Assembly (NCBI GenBank): GCA_951406725.2
Contig: OX597816.1
Span: 122,822,001-122,886,000, forward strand
Origin: Octopus vulgaris
Taxonomy: Eukaryota
Length of the DNA stretch: 64,000 bases
Direction: 5' to 3'
This document shows positions 1 through 15,444 of the stretch, piece by piece (the first letter of the stretch is position 1; every line of letters begins with the position of its first letter). A program made the position numbers and the translations under genes. The notes beneath the pieces are model-generated. The model was not told the origin of the DNA, made no database searches, and saw nothing but the letters and a program-made list of their open reading frames with translations.

Positions 1-150
1 TCCGAGAAAAACTGTTTAAAAAAATGTCAGCGGAGAAATTGAAATTCCTTACGTCTTCCTGGTGATCATCGATTTCATTTCTTCCTATATAAAGTGCAAT
101 TTGAAGTAGACAAAATACAATATCAAAAAGAAACTTTCTGCTATATTACT

Positions 151-155
<5 letters not shown>

Positions 156-211
<56 letters not shown>

Positions 212-236
212 CTATATATTTATATATATATATATA
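156..236. repeat. (TA)n microsatellite
   Basis: Direct reading of the sequence. Confidence 0.95.
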
Positions 237-2164
237 AGGAATATATATGGAGAGTCAGATTTAAGTCTATCTGTTCATTTATCTATCTAGCAATCAATGA
301 AATACCAGAAGGGAACTGTTTCCCTTCAAGTGGCGCTATATCGGAGCAGCGCTACATTTTTTTTATGAATCTGACACAAGATTATGAAATTCAAAACAAG
401 TGATGCTATCGATATATGATTAGTAAAATTGCGGTTGATTCACGATGACAGGGGAATTAACAGCTGAATGGAGTGGAGTTCATATTTTGTTGTACACGTT
501 GCGATTGCATCTATGTATCCATGTGTAAATAGGCAGTTCACACTGAGAATTTATCGCAGTGAACGGTAAATAGCTTTACTTGCCTAACCACATTGCATAA
601 AGACCGTCTAAAGTTTGTCCTAATGATCCATATATGTCTACCACCATATAAACAGAACTAATTTGATCAAACATAGATCGTAGTTCAGTTAAACAAGAGA
701 AGCGCAAAAAGACAAAATCGATCACATTCCAGCAGTGCATTGTTTTGTAAAATATTTACCGTATTTTAAAGCCCAATTCAACAAACTGTAATAAGTGCAT
801 TACTTCTCGGTTCAATTTCCCTTCGGTTTTGGCCTTTTTCACAGGAAGTTACCACAGTGTGTTTTCCCTTAGACTTATCAGCCTTTTACTAAGACCTCTA
901 GAGTGCTACCTCCATTTCGTAATCACAAATATTAAGTGGATTCTTCTCTAGATTTCAACCTAGAAATTTGTCCCAAGCATCATTACGAAAATAAATAAAT
1001 AACGATTATAAATACAGAATGGAATTGACATATTGAATGATGTCATTTAGCAATGGGTCATACCTGAACGAACGCAACTGTTATCGAAAACGTTCCAAAT
1101 ATAACCATATCATATTTTCTTTAAATATTTTATCCAAGTTTTCCTTCGCCTTTTTTTAAGACGATAGGGTGTGATTTTAAGAGTTGGCTGCTATTACTAC
1201 CAGATTTAGCAACTATGTAGACGCTCTTTCTGGTGCATTTTGTCTTCTTTGAGTGATTGTAGATAACGATCGAATTCTAATTCTCTCTAAGTATTCTCGT
1301 AGCACAGTTTAGAAAAAATTAACACCAGAACTGAATTAAAATTCATAAGGTGTTTCATTTTCCTTATCTGTAATACAATAATAGTTTCTAGTTTGAATTC
1401 AAATACCATTGAGACCACATTTCGCCAGTCATTTCTCCGGTCCTGATTAAATAAAATATTAGTTATCTAGCGGCTCGATTCAGATGTCTGTATTCCTTTC
1501 CTACACATTCGTGGACTTGTGCGTAAATACAAAATCAATTATTAAGTGTATAAACTGAAGTGCAGAAAAGAGAAAACCAAACTTCCTCGCATAAATAAAA
1601 TAATGTAATACAAATGGTATGTACTGTAGTTTCGCCTCATCTTAGTCATAATGTTCTGTATTCTTTAATGGTTGGTTAACCCCTTTGAATACTCTATTAC
1701 TTTTTTCTAGTCATGAAGCATACAAATTGGTGTATTCATATTTTTTTCTTACGACATTAATGACGCATATAAAAGAAATATAACTAAAAGGAATTCGATC
1801 AGAAACTAAATTGTAAATTCGGATTTGTGGTATTCTTCCTGCTAGCGGCATATGCAATATAAAGAAAGGCAATATTTTCTTTGTAACATACATTCTCAAA
1901 TATTAACAGAATTGTTAGTGTTGTTTGTTCGCAAGAATTCGGTGAAGCGCACGATAAAATTCCTTGTATTGTTTAGTAATATTTTTTTATCTTTGAGGTC
2001 AACTTCGCTTTGAATCTTTTCTTATCGCAGAAAATAAGGAGTCAATGGGCTATAGCACTCATCAAATACCAATTTGTGACATACTTTTAGTTGAAGCTGG
2101 GAACAGCAAAGAGTTACTTAATAATCTAAAATTCCTTATCCCATATAAATCTGAAAATTCTCAA

Positions 2165-2326
<162 letters not shown>

Positions 2327-3274
2327 TAGTAGAAATGGTGGAGCAGCACGATTTCCTATCCATTGCACTATTTAGTTGCGCCTTTTAGAACTCACATTCT
2401 GCCCAGCATTACTTCATCTTCTGTTGCTGAATGAGCGATAAAATTATTAGAAATGTTATTAGCTAAAGCATTTTACTGATGCTAATCCGTTTCTGAATTA
2501 CAAGGAGCTATTAACACAAATTCTTCTTTCCAGAGTTATGAGCAGATAAGTGACAGATTTGAATATTTTGAAAAGCAACAGGACGCTGGTTTTTATCTCA
2601 TTTAGTTTTGCCCATAAAAGGGAATTTATACCCGCACAGGAAGCCAAAGAATTTGTTTGATAATTCAAAATCTCGGTTGCTACTTACAGTAGCAACATGT
2701 AATATATACCGCAACTTGTGAAACCAGCTTAGAATTAGGATTTTTACCATCAGAGAATAGCTAATAACGTCTAGACATAGCAGCCAAATCGTCTTCATCT
2801 CATCATATCGTCCTGCACTGAAAGTGGGTTACACATCAGACAATATAGTCAAATACTAAAAATCAGTGAAAGTATCGCGCTTCAAATACATTTGATCATA
2901 GGTATGTTTGGTTCTGGTTCGACTTCACAATATCAATCGCTGATAACTACACCGAAATTCAACTATTAGCTCTGTCATCTATGTTTTCTCATGAAGGAAA
3001 TAAAACACTGTCATAAAACCAACAGATGCATAAACAAACTCTATAAATATATCTAAAAGAAATATATCAATAACATTTACCGACTGCAAAATTTAGTGCA
3101 ACATCTTTATTCCATAGTTTATTCCGCGAGTGGAAAAAATCTGAGCCGTAAATTGATAAATAGGATCTGACCAATTGAGCTAAAAGATTAAAGTGAGCGG
3201 TGATAAGCACACGCACTCACACACACACACACAGAGTCACATACACCACACAAAGATATACACACACAAGTATG

Positions 3275-3330
<56 letters not shown>

Positions 3331-3333
<3 letters not shown>

Positions 3334-3780
3334 GAGGATGGTATTAAAAGGTTTCCAAACTAGTTATGTTTAATAAAAAAAATAACTTATTCACCTAAGT
3401 TTTTACATCATTGCCTTCGAAATAGTCACCTTGCTAGGACAATACATCGGTCCCAGCGTTCTTGCTACGTTTGGAATCCGGCCTGGAAGTCGTTTTCCGT
3501 AAGCGAGTCGAGGACCTTCTGCGATTCACTCTAGATATCGACAACGGTATTAAAACGGCGACATTAGAGCTGCATTTTCACCTTGGGGAAGAGATGGAAG
3601 ACTGTAGGTGCTAAATTTAGTGAATAGGGTGGGTGCGGAAACGATACCATATTGTTTTGGGCGAGAAACTCGAAAGTGAAGAGAATTCGGTGACGGGGTG
3701 CATTGTCATCGTGAAGAATTCAATTCTTTGCACAGATCCGGTCGCTTTCACGAAATGTCCTCCCTCAACGCTTGGACCAT
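3331..3780 (-). mobile_element. Degenerate mariner-like DNA transposon fragment (one end plus transposase C-terminal region)
   Basis: Starts TACGAGG directly after (TA)n, like the mariner-type MITE at 47453. The following sequence resembles the 3' end of a mariner transposase gene on the minus strand. No intact ORF. Confidence 0.6.
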
Positions 3781-4803
3781 GGTTTCAGATTTATTTTAGC
3801 AAATAAGATAATTTGCTAGGCGAAGTCTTCTTCAGCAGGTACACCAAAATTAAACATATATGCACGAGGCAACCCAGTATATGCTGCGTGCTTATACATT
3901 CTAATTTTTAAAACCTACCGCGCAAGCGCAGCTGCTTGTCGGCAGTAAATAAAAATGCCAGCTTTTCAATTCGAAAATTATCCAGGAAAAAATATCAATA
4001 ATTAATAATATCAAGGGTAATAAGAAATATTAGAAATTTCTACTACTAGTGGCCTAGCGTGTAAAAATGATATTATTGGACAAATAAAGTATGTCCGCTT
4101 ATGTTTTAGATCTTGGCATTTTCTTGTGCGTTTATATCTATTTTAGTCTGTAACAGTAATATATTTGTGTTCATTCGTGTTTATATGCATACTCTGTGCA
4201 AATTTGTATGATGCATTCTGAAGACAAATCAATATTCCATTATATTGAAAACAGCTTTTTTGTTTACACACCAAGATCCAATCGCATGTGTCTTCATTTT
4301 GTATTTGCATATAAACAATGTATTTACATATGGCTATATCGCTGGTTGTGCCCCATTTTAAAACTAACACGTAAACACAACTAATACTGTAGAGTTCTGA
4401 ATGCGTGTACATGGAGATATAATTTTGTATATATGAATATATATGTGTATACCTTCGTGATAGAAAATGACAATCGTTAAATTCTATTATGTATTCATGA
4501 GATTCTGATCTAGATTCTATTTCTAAACTAAGCACCCAAACCTAATTCTTGATCAATATGAAATTGTTTATAATACCAAGTGATAAAATAGCTAAAATTT
4601 CAAATTTTTCTTACGTGTCTTAAGTTTATTTAGGAATGACTTAAAAGCTACAGTTGAAATAATATTTCTAGAATGAACATCAGAAAAATCTTATTGATAA
4701 ATAATTTGATTTGCGTTAGAAGGATAATAAACCATTGAAATAAATGTCTTTTATTCACTTGATATTTTGGGTAATCTGGTAATAAAGGAAATACGGTACC
4801 GAA

Positions 4804-4804
<1 letters not shown>

Positions 4805-4872
<68 letters not shown>

Positions 4873-4880
4873 CGCGTGCG
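4805..4880. repeat. (TG)n microsatellite
   Basis: Direct reading. Confidence 0.95.
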
Positions 4881-5316
4881 TACAAAATTAGCAGAGTCGA
4901 ACAAACGACATTTAACGTTTTGCAACTAGAAAAAGTCAATGACTTACTTGCGGCCGGTTTGTATGCTGAGATATGTTGTCAGTTTTATTTGCGTGATATG
5001 AGCATCGGACCACTTTAAAATTTAACGAAGAGAGATAAGATTTATAATTGAATTAGTTTTACAAAACAGTTGCTTGGATTTAAATTTTATAACTTTTCGT
5101 AATAGAATTGCAGTAGAGCTGTGTCAATAACTACGTAGCAGACAGATAGGCGAAAATGTTGACACCAAGTAATAAATGATTCAGGCAGGTAGTTTTGAAT
5201 TGATTGCTTAAATGAGTCTTCCTTGTGGTAATTGTTTTAGTTTCAACACTCAGTTACAGATTAAATCACTTGCCAGACATGTACAATTCAGAAATCTTAA
5301 TATTTACGTAGCCTAA

Positions 5317-5532
5317 GGATGCGAGCTGGTGAAATCGTAACCGCGCTAGAAGAATGCTTAATGGAATTTCTTCCGACTTTGCGTTCTGAGTTCAAATTCC
5401 GCCAAGATCAACTTTGCCTTTCATCTGTTCGCGGTCGATAAAATAAGTTCCAGTTCAACAATGGGATCGGTGTAATCGACCAGAACCCCTCCCATGAAAT
5501 TGCTGGCCTTGAGCCAAAATTAGAAGCCATTA
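5317..5532 (+). mobile_element. tRNA-derived SINE with Meta/MESC-like central domain
   Basis: B-box-like GAGTTCAAATTCC followed by gcctttcatc...ggtcgataaaataagttccag. Decayed homologues lie at about 10970-11170, 24725-24880, 26220-26410, 26930-27050, 40715-41110, 45210-45400, 57400-57550 and 63590-63735. Confidence 0.75.
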
Positions 5533-5938
5533 TTTACATAGCCTCACAATAATAAACAAACAGCTGTAAAAGGTTTTGAAAATTAGGATAATTCTATCAA
5601 AGCTGGAAACTAATTTTTATTTTACATATGCCTTCGTATAAGTTGCCATAACACTTCGGCCCAAAAAATAAATCCAGAAAGCAGTTCCTGGTTCCATGCA
5701 AATCGGAAAAAACAAATATTTAAAAAACAGATGAGAAAAAGAGGGACAGAAAACATTAAACCAGTGAAAGCTTACTGAATTTAGAATTAACTACTGTCGG
5801 TGAGTAATTATTAGCTATTGTTGAGTGACAGTTGACACTACGGTTTGATTACCGAAAGTATTCTAACATGTTGTATGTTGACATTTGGAAAAAAATTAAT
5901 ATTCATATTCGATTCCATTAAAGTATCACACACACACA

Positions 5939-5981
<43 letters not shown>

Positions 5982-6299
5982 TAACAGATGCAATCCTTAC
6001 TCAAAAAACAGATATTTTCTGTTTGACTGCCAGCGTCAATTTCTGCTTGAATTGATTACATATTCAATGTAATAATACATTTGTATAGGCTAATGAATGC
6101 CATGAAAATCATTTTCGCTATAAATCAATGAATAAAGAGTTATTAGCAATTAAATTTTGAAAATCTCTGGTAATTTTAGCCATTCGTAAGTCACAGACAC
6201 ATTCATGCCTGTTTTCCTAGTAACAAGCGGAACAGGAGAATTCATTTGTCTGTGAGAAAGCACGTGTTGAAAAATATATTGAAGTTAATTGTTGACGCT

Positions 6300-6960
6300 A
6301 TGTTCTGCTGTTTTATCCACCTAGAAGTTTTACCTATCTGTTGACATATATATTGAACCCACTTGTTGGCTTTATCCACCTGGAAATTTTACCTATCTGT
6401 TGACAAATACATTCAAAGCACTTGTTGACGCCGTGTACTACTGTTTTATCAACCCGGAAATTTTACCGATCTGTTTGATTATGGCAGCAATTGTTTTAGA
6501 TAATTATTTTAAGTACGTAATAATGCCTAAATACTTGTTTTTTAAGCATATTTAATTTGTAATGTGTTGTCTATCGCATGAAATGCATATTGAATGCTTA
6601 AAATGTTTGTTTTTGAAGTATATTTAAATTGTAGTGTGTTGGTTATGCTTTAAATACATAGTGAATGCTTAAAACAACGAACTACGAAAGACATGTTGGT
6701 TACTCTTCCTTTCCTTTTTTTGTCATTGAGGTGGTTATGAGGAATGCTAAAAATAACAGTTAAATAACGGTTTTGGATAAATCTTTTAAGTTCGTGCTAT
6801 CGCATTAAATGCATATTAAATGCTTAAAACTACAAAATACGTGTTTTGGTCAACAAAATGTTTGTTTCTTTTTTTAAATTAATTTGTAATGTGCTGTTTA
6901 TCGCATTAAATGCATATTGAATGCTTCAAACTACAAAAGACGTGTTGTTTACTCGTTTCC
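6300..6960. repeat. Degenerate internal direct repeats of an unclassified repeat
   Basis: Three copies of tttatccacctrgaarttttacctatctgttgac (about 6310, 6371, 6445) and about four copies of tatcgcattaaatgcatattgaatgcttaaaa (about 6572, 6644, 6798, 6899). Confidence 0.7.
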
Positions 6961-8030
6961 GCAGCGTGTAGAATACAAATATTGACAACACATGCTATTT
7001 TCAGGATATTGACAAAATGTGCAGTCACGCACAAAGTGACAGCCTCCAAATCCTGTTTAGTGAGTGAAAATGATCAAACTTTAAACCTCTATAAATTTTT
7101 TAAAACATTTTTCTGGAAAATGTGAAATGACTCCAGCAATTCAGCTTAGAAAACTACATTAATGTACGAAAATTAAAAAATTTTCGATAAATTTTGAAAT
7201 GCTGGAAGCCAAACAGGAAAGATCCCAAGAAACTTGTTTCTGGTAAGAAAAAGCTGGAACGCATTTTATGAAATGTTTGTTTGGTTAAAGTTGACTTGAG
7301 GTTATACTCCTGGATAAGACACCGATCTTTTACAAGTACCACGTCCATTCACAGGGGAGTGAAATACGAGAATAACAAAGTATTGTACTCAAAGAGAACA
7401 AAAGCGCAAAGTTGATTTGTATGAATTTTCTTTGCTTTTTGGTTTATAGTCAATCAGAAAAGGAAGGGTATTGCGCATGAGCAGGGTCACAGAGACCGGT
7501 CGGGCGAAGGCAGGAAGAAATCCTCAAATCGAGATCTGACGCGAAAACTTGTAGCATTTAGAAATGCTCCAAGGGCCAAATGATGGGGTCAGGTTGGGTG
7601 ACAGGACATGTCTAACCATCAAGAACAGGACTGAACTATTCGACGGGTTTTTGATAAAGTTTACATATACCACAATTCACTCACAAAACCATGATCATCT
7701 TGAGGATATTGTGCCCTAGGAAGTCTGCACAGTCATTGAGCCTATAGGAATGAAATATTAATGTTTTCAAAACGAAAAATCTCGTAAGACGCTTTACGTT
7801 TTCAAACAATTCAAAGTATTTCAATTGTATGAATACTAAAGTAGATGCATTGCTATTTCTGGTGTTACCGTGTATGTCTAGTCAATAAAGTTTAATTTTT
7901 CTTAATATTACAAATAAAATGAAGACGCTTGCATACACATAAGATATACTGATACACAGAAATAATATATTGTATGTTTGTGTCCGTTTGTATCTGTGTA
8001 TTTTGTACATATATGTATTATATAGAAAGA

Positions 8031-8860
8031 CTAGCAGCATAGCCCGGCGTTGCCCGGGTATGTAAGAGCCCCTAGCAGGCAACGACTAATCCCAATCTAG
8101 TCCTTTCCCCCTAGGGAACGAAGGCGCATGTGTAGGTTGCAATGTCTTCTCTTCACTCGAATACTTCTGTGTATACGATGTTCCTAGCTGTCCCTTTGGG
8201 CGAAAACATGAAAACATCATTGCGCCTCTCAAGAGAGTTAAAAAGGTCGAGTTGCGTCCCCTAGATAGTCTGTGGTTTGTGTTTAATACACAAATTGGTT
8301 TGCTACGTGTGCCACATATGATTTAATTAACCGATTTTTTCCAGTAATAAAGTATCCTACTGGAATAAAAGGGGCCATATAGCTCCTTGGAGCAGACATG
8401 ATGGTCGCTGTGAATTTTAAAAAAATTCCTGCCAATTTGTGAAAGATATTGTCGAGAATATGTCATCTTGAATTTGAACGCGATTTCCCAAAATGGCATG
8501 ATATTATCGATTTTTTCTGATGGTAAGGTATTGCATGGAAAAATAACGCCAGAATTAAGTTTCTTAGAGTAACATTAAGCTTTACCATGAGTTTGGTGAA
8601 AATCGATTGCAAGTTGCGAAAACTACAACAGAAAATGTGTTGCATATAAGAAGCTTAGATTCTCGACCCCATGTCGAATTTATCAATGTTTTTCAAAACT
8701 GGGGGAACTTTTCAAAATTTTCGCTGCGTTAGTTTTGAATTAGGACATTGGGCTGTGTGTGTGTCAAGTTTCATCAGAATCGGTTGAAAGCCGTGGTCAG
8801 GGTGAGGGTACAACATGACAGACACACAGACAGACAAACTGCCGTTTATATAGAGAGAGA
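8031..8860 (-). mobile_element. Non-autonomous Helitron
   Basis: On the minus strand it starts 5'-TC(TCTCTCTATATAAA) and ends with a GC hairpin CCCGGGCAACGCCGGG, a short spacer and CTAG-3'. It is inserted between A and T with no TSD, matching canonical Helitron termini. Confidence 0.85.
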
Positions 8861-8918
8861 TATTACATACATGCATGTATATGTGTATATTTACATACAT
8901 ACATATATGCATACATAT

Positions 8919-8919
<1 letters not shown>

Positions 8920-9000
<81 letters not shown>
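8920..9000. repeat. (CA)n(TA)n microsatellite
   Basis: Direct reading. Confidence 0.9.
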
Positions 9001-9003
<3 letters not shown>

Positions 9004-9669
9004 TATACATAGAAAGAAAGAGACAGAAAGAAGCAGAGAGCGAGAGTGAAAGCGCTTATTCTTACGACTAGTAAAACCTACAAACTTCAATACGAAAGTT
9101 AATGCCAGTTTAGTTATTATATCGAATGAAATAATTAATTACTAGAGAAACACCAGAACTTTATATTTATTTTGTTCTGCCTTTTTTTAAAGCTGTGATA
9201 ATAAAAGTTATAAGGTTTATAGGTATAGTTGTATTAGCAACCAAAATAGCAATAGATTAATAGAAGTGGGAAAAGCAAATATAAAAAAGCTGGAGTTATC
9301 AATTTTTGGGATAGTTACAATAAAAACACCACTGGTATAGATTAATTTGTGCTAAAAAGATTATCGACAACCATACAAAAATTCTTATCAGAGTAATTTC
9401 ACATGAGTCAGAAGAATTTCGTATGTAGGTGTTGATAAACCAGTAAGAAGGTTTGAACTTGAATTTTAAGTTTTTCAATTATATTAATCTTTTATCTACG
9501 ACTTTACATTATGCGTCAAGATTAATGAAAGTATATGAGCCAAAAGTTTGAATGAAATTTAAGAGTATAATTGAAGTCAAGGTTGATGAAGAATGATTAA
9601 ATAATGGAAAGAGGAAGGTGTGTGTATAAAATATTTTATAATTATATACATAATTATAACAAGGGATTG

Positions 9670-10453
9670 GCTTTACACCTCACCATGCACTGTAGAAATA
9701 AACGCCAAAAGCCCTATTACCACCTTAAAATCTCTATTTCTACAGTGCGTGCTGAGACGTCGGTGTCTCTTGCAACTCTTCTGGATGGTCCCCTTGTTTA
9801 AGTTGGTAAATGCTGCCATGATCCTTGCCTTCGGTTCATCTTTGGTGTTACAAGGTGGGTTTTTTTTTTCGCTCAACTATGCCCCACACATAATAATCAA
9901 GGGGGTTGCAGTCTGGAGAGTTAGTTGGCTAGATGTTAGGAGTAGTGTAGTCGCAGAAGTTGCCTGACAGCCATGACTGGTTTCTGCTGCTTGTGCTGCA
10001 TGGTGCAGAATCCTGTTGCTAAGCATAGGGTCTTCCAGCAGCCACTCTCTTCCCCCAGGGCAGCAATACCTCCCCCAGGCGCATGATGTTGTCCTCCGTC
10101 TTGAGTCTGAGACCGTGTGGGGAGATAACCGCAGACATAAAGTCACTATCACTAGCGATCACTCCAAATACCATAATGTCGACTGGATTTTGGATTTTTA
10201 TCACTCTCGGTACACATCCTCAGATTGCACTGCTCTCAGATTGACACCCAAACGTATTGGAGCTTTCGGCGCGAATGTCAAGCAGTACAGCATGTTGTTT
10301 CTAAATTTATGGCTGAGTAAATTGCGTCATGGTGTTGTTTTTCTCACAAACGGTGCCTAACTGACCCTACTATACTGTGTACTCGACAAAATAAAAAAAC
10401 AAACAATGCGCAAAATTAAAAAAAGGTGACAATCTAACCATCGCACCCTGTGT
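9670..10453 (-). mobile_element. Decayed Tc1/mariner-superfamily transposon, DD37D (maT) type, internally deleted
   Basis: The minus strand translates QQD-SAPCSTSSRNQSWLSGNFCDYTTPNI*PTNSPDCNPL-DYYVWG, giving 37 residues between the two catalytic Asp. The terminus reads TA-CACAGGGTGCG at about 10453, and in-frame stops are present. Confidence 0.85.
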
Positions 10454-10640
10454 ATGTATGTATATATATATATATATACATTTTTTCGTACTCTCTCTAT
10501 TTTTTCTCTCAACGTTTTCTGTCGCACAAAAAAAAAACAAAAGACGGAAGACAGTTGGTGTAGACAACAAACAGATGTATTAGTATAACGCTCGGGAAGT
10601 GAAAAAGTCTTTAACGTTTGAGCCTACGCTCTTCATATAC

Positions 10641-10651
<11 letters not shown>

Positions 10652-10715
<64 letters not shown>

Positions 10716-10760
10716 CAGAGAGAGAAAGAGAGAGAGAGAGAGGCAGAAAGACAGAGAGGC
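10652..10760. repeat. (TG)n followed by (GA)n-rich microsatellite
   Basis: Direct reading. Confidence 0.9.
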
Positions 10761-12000
10761 GGGGTGTTAATCAGAGTTCAATTAAACAAATGTATAATTA
10801 TAGTTAAAGCAAGGTTATGTAAAGGGTAATTGGATACAAGAATGAACGAATACACAAGTCACGAAGACCCAGAAGGGATAATAATAGATAGATTTTGTCG
10901 AGTTCAAATTAAGTTAGAGATGAAATTAAATGTGTATGAATAAATGTAATAATTGTTTCTAAACTTAGGAACAAAACCAGAAGTTTTCAAATAAAGGGTC
11001 AGTCGACATACACGGTTCCAGTACATGACTAATAGTTTGTTTTATCGATACTTGGGGTGGGGTGGGGAGAAAGCAAAGTTAACAATGGTTGAACTCAAAA
11101 AGGTAAAGAGTGTGAACAAAAATCGAGAGGCATTTTCCCCCTGTGCTCTAAATGTTCTGCTAATTCGCCAGCATTTCTCATATGTTGTGGATGTTTAATT
11201 TATAATGGTTCGATAACTATATTCACTACAAGGACCCTAAGTATACTTTGGATTAATATCGTCAATGAGTTGTAGGGTTTTCTCTATGTATTTACAAATA
11301 TTAAAAAAGAAACTAAGTTAAATTTAAAAGGAGTAATAGTTACCTATGTTCCGTAACAACTGTTCAAATTTAGGAATTGATGTATATTGGTTGACACAAA
11401 ACATAATAAAGGATAATGATGACTTAACTTATGCTCATAAAACTATATATGTTCCGCATATCACAGTAAAGGGATACCTATAGTGTAGGGATAAGAAATA
11501 AATAACTGATGATTAACGAATAATATAAAAAGATAACAGAAAATTATGTATAGGGAATAATACTACGAAGTAAGAAGTAAAATAAATGATGTTAAAATAA
11601 TAGGCTCTTGGCCTAGAAATTGTAACGATTGCTAAAAACATAGGAATTGAAGAAAGAACAGAACCAGTTATACTTTAACAACCGCCATTGTCATTACCAT
11701 CTTTTGGCGTCAAAAATTCAATTACAATGATTCCATCCATGTTCTTTAAATTGATTTTATAAGTCTAATTTTAACCAAAAAGAACGGTGATGATGAAAAT
11801 ATATAAACTAGAATTATCGGTTTTCTTCCATTTATTGGTATTTCCTTCCGTCAGTTTCCTATATCAGCTTAGTTTTTTTTTTTTTAAATAGGCCCAACAT
11901 GACATTTCCTTTCAGAATAAAAGATTAAATACAGTTCTATATTTAAGAGATGCAGAATTATGCACATTATTTACATTTGACGGATAATTGTGCTCAACTT

Positions 12001-12046
12001 AACACAACGTTTCGACTGATATACCTTCCAGGTTTCATCAGGTGTC
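12001..12046 (-). ncRNA. Minimal hammerhead ribozyme motif (stem II partly decayed)
   Basis: Minus strand reads GACAC-CUGAUGA-A-stem II-GAAAC-GUU-GUGUU. Stem I GACAC/GUGUU pairs over 5 bp. Confidence 0.55.
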
Positions 12047-12103
12047 TTGGGGAAATTTCGAACCTGAGTTCTCATTCTTAAGGTATTTTTCGATGTTATT
12101 ATA

Positions 12104-12152
<49 letters not shown>

Positions 12153-12309
12153 TCACTGCCTGGAATCGAACTCGTGGGCTGCTAACCCCAAGATTCCGAG
12201 TTCGATTCCAGGCAGTGACCTGAATAATAATAACATTAATAGTAATAATAATAATAATAACAACAACAACAACAACAACAACAATAATAATAACAATAAT
12301 AATAATAAG

Positions 12310-15300
12310 ATTGAGCTCACTGACATGGTTAATAGAGAACCGCTACCAAAGTTTTCAAACGGCACAAGGAATAACAACACAATCATGACATATAATGTTG
12401 CCCTAGGACAGATCTTAAGAAATAAGGGGAATGATCTGACAACCTTAAATAATCTCATCTATTCCACTGCTAAAGTAGTAACTACCCAACTAGGTATTAA
12501 GATGACAAAGAAAAGGGCCAGGCATGTCAATGAACCTCTTAAGTGGAAAGTAGCGATACAAAAAGAGATTGAATCTCTGCGGGCGGATGTTTCAGTTCTC
12601 GATGAGCTTGCTAGAGGAGAGAATATTAAGTCGAGAAAAGCTAGAAAAATCAAGCAAAAATATAAAATCAAAGATCTCATAAACCTCCCTGCAACTAAGG
12701 AACTGTTGAAACAACGGATACAGTTGAAAGCCCAACGGCTTAGAAGGTATGATAAAAGAAACAAATTTTATCGACAAAATAAATTTTTTAAGAGAGATGC
12801 AAAGAAATTTTATAGGGAAATTGGCAAAAATAAAATACTCATAGAAGATCCACCTAAGATTGAGGAAGTGGAGGAGTTCTGGAAGAAGGTATGGAACAAC
12901 GAAAAAGAGTTTAATGCTGAGGCTGACTGGATAGAACGTGAGAAAGAGAGACTGGATGAACTTGAAGAACAGAAATGGGAAGCAATAGGAATAGAGAAGC
13001 TAAGGTGTGTCCTTAGGAAGGCTCATAAATGGAAAACCCCAGGACTGGATCGGATCCCTAACTTCTGGCTGAATTGTTTGACAGAGGTACACGAAAATCT
13101 CGCTGCATGTCATTCAGAACCAGAGCAAATACCTGCTTGGATGACTGAAGGAACCACCTACCTATTACCTAAAACCGAAGGCACAAAAAACCCAAAGAAT
13201 TACCGGCCAATAACATGTCTCAACACCACCTACAAAATCCTCACATCCATAATAACGGAGAGAATGTACGCTTTCCTTGAACAAAACTCTATCCATCCAC
13301 AAGCTCAAAAAGTTTGTAAAAGAAACTCTTATGGGTGCAAAGACCAATTGCTCATAAACAGAATGATTGTAGAGAATTGCAAAAACATGATTGTAGAATG
13401 ATTGTAGAGAATTGCAAAAACAAAAACCTGAGTATGGCATGGATAGACTACAGGAAAGCGTTTGACAGTGTCCCACATAAATGGATACTCAAGGCCCTTG
13501 AGATATACAAGATCTCTCCCGTCGTCTCAAAATTCTTACAGAATAGCATGACCATGTGGAACACACGTCTCTTGCTAAGCCATAGTAATGGGATGAGCCA
13601 GTCCAACAGCATCAACATCAAACGAGGCATCTTTCAAGGTGACTCCTCTCTCCATTACTTTTTTGCATGGCACTGATCCCACTCTCAAACGAATTGGATA
13701 GTACCAGATATGGGTACTAAGTTTTTAGTAAGTCAATAAACCACCTTTTCTATATGGACGACCTAAAGCTGTTTGCCAGGAATGACCAAGAGCTAGAAGG
13801 GCTGCTAACAACTGTTAAAGAGTTTAGCAATGATATCGGAATGGATTTTGGCCTTGATAAGTGTGCTAAAGCAACTTTTGTAAGAGGCAAGCTCAGGCAA
13901 ACAGCTTCTGTTAAATTAGATATTGACACTACCATCAAGGAACTTGACCCACAAGAAAGTTACAAATACCTAGGGATCAACGAAGGAGATGGTATACATC
14001 ATGCTACTATGAAGGAAAAATAAGAAAGGAATACTATAGGAGAATAAGGCTTGTACTGAAGACTGAACTCAACTCCAAAAATTGCATTGAGGCCATTAAC
14101 ACCCTGGCACTTCCAGTAGTCAAGTACAGTTTTAACATCATTAACTGGAACCCTACGGAACTCCAACGCTTGGACAGGAAGACAGGAAAATTACTGACAT
14201 CCAAGAGCATGCACCACCCTAAGGCAGATGTAGACCGCCTGTACCTACCTAGAAGCTGCGGGGGGAGAGGAATGATGCAATTAGAGCTGCGCTATAAGAC
14301 CTCCACTGTAGGAATGAACAGGTACCCATCTAGTACAAAGGACTGGATGCTGCGACTTGTGTGCGAACACGAAAGCAGCAGAAAGCTGCATTCTATTGTC
14401 AAGTACGAAAGGGAACTAGACATTAACCTTGAATCAGATGAAGAGCCGGAAACCACTGCTACCAAGCAAGCAAAGCGAATCAAGCAGACTGCAAAAAAGA
14501 ACGGGCAGAATCAAATTGAGAGGCGGTGGAGCCAGAAGCCCCTGCATGGACAATATATTCTCCGAAGCCAAAATGCTGATGTAGACCAAGCAACAACCCA
14601 TCAGTGGCTGAAGAGTTCAGGATTGAAAGCAGAGACTGAAGGCTTCATACTGGCAGCACAAGATCAAAGCTTGTTTACCAGAAATTACCAGGCTAACGTT
14701 CTCCGAAACGGTACTGGCCCTAAATGCAGAATCTGCGACACATTTGACGAAACAATAGAGCATCTCGTTTTGGGATGTCTTGTGCTGACACCAAACGAAT
14801 ACAAAAATCGCCACGATAGGATAGGACAATATATACATTGGAAGATATGTAAACACTACAAATTCGGCACTCCTGCTAACTGGTATGAACACCATCCTCA
14901 GCCAGTTGTTGAAGGTAAAAATGTCACCATCCTCTGGGATTTTCCAGTCAACACTGACAGAACGATCAAGGCTAATCGACCAGACATAATTGTTAAAGAC
15001 AGGGAAGAAAATACTTGCAGACTAATAGAGGTAAGCGTCCCCACTGATAAAAATATATCTGTAAAGGAATTTGACAAACTTAGTAAATATAAGGACCTGG
15101 AAATCGAAATACAAATGATGTGGAATCTTAAAATAAAAACTGTTCCTGTTATTGTAGGTGCCCTAGGTATGATAAAAAAGGGATGTCAGAAACACCTAGA
15201 CAATATCCCTGGAGAACCATGTCTCAAGGAAATCCAAAAGATTGTGCTAACAAGTACTGCCCACATCCTTAGAAAAACCCTATCAATGTAAATGTTTGTG

Positions 15301-15444
15301 TTGTATTACATGGAGATATTTCTCTACTTCCCCTCCCCAAGCTTTCAGCTATATTTCAACAACTCTTAACCTTCACTTGCCCTAGGGCGCTGGGTGTGTC
15401 CCGGCAAGTGATTGCATCAAACATGCAGATTAAAAGTAAATGAC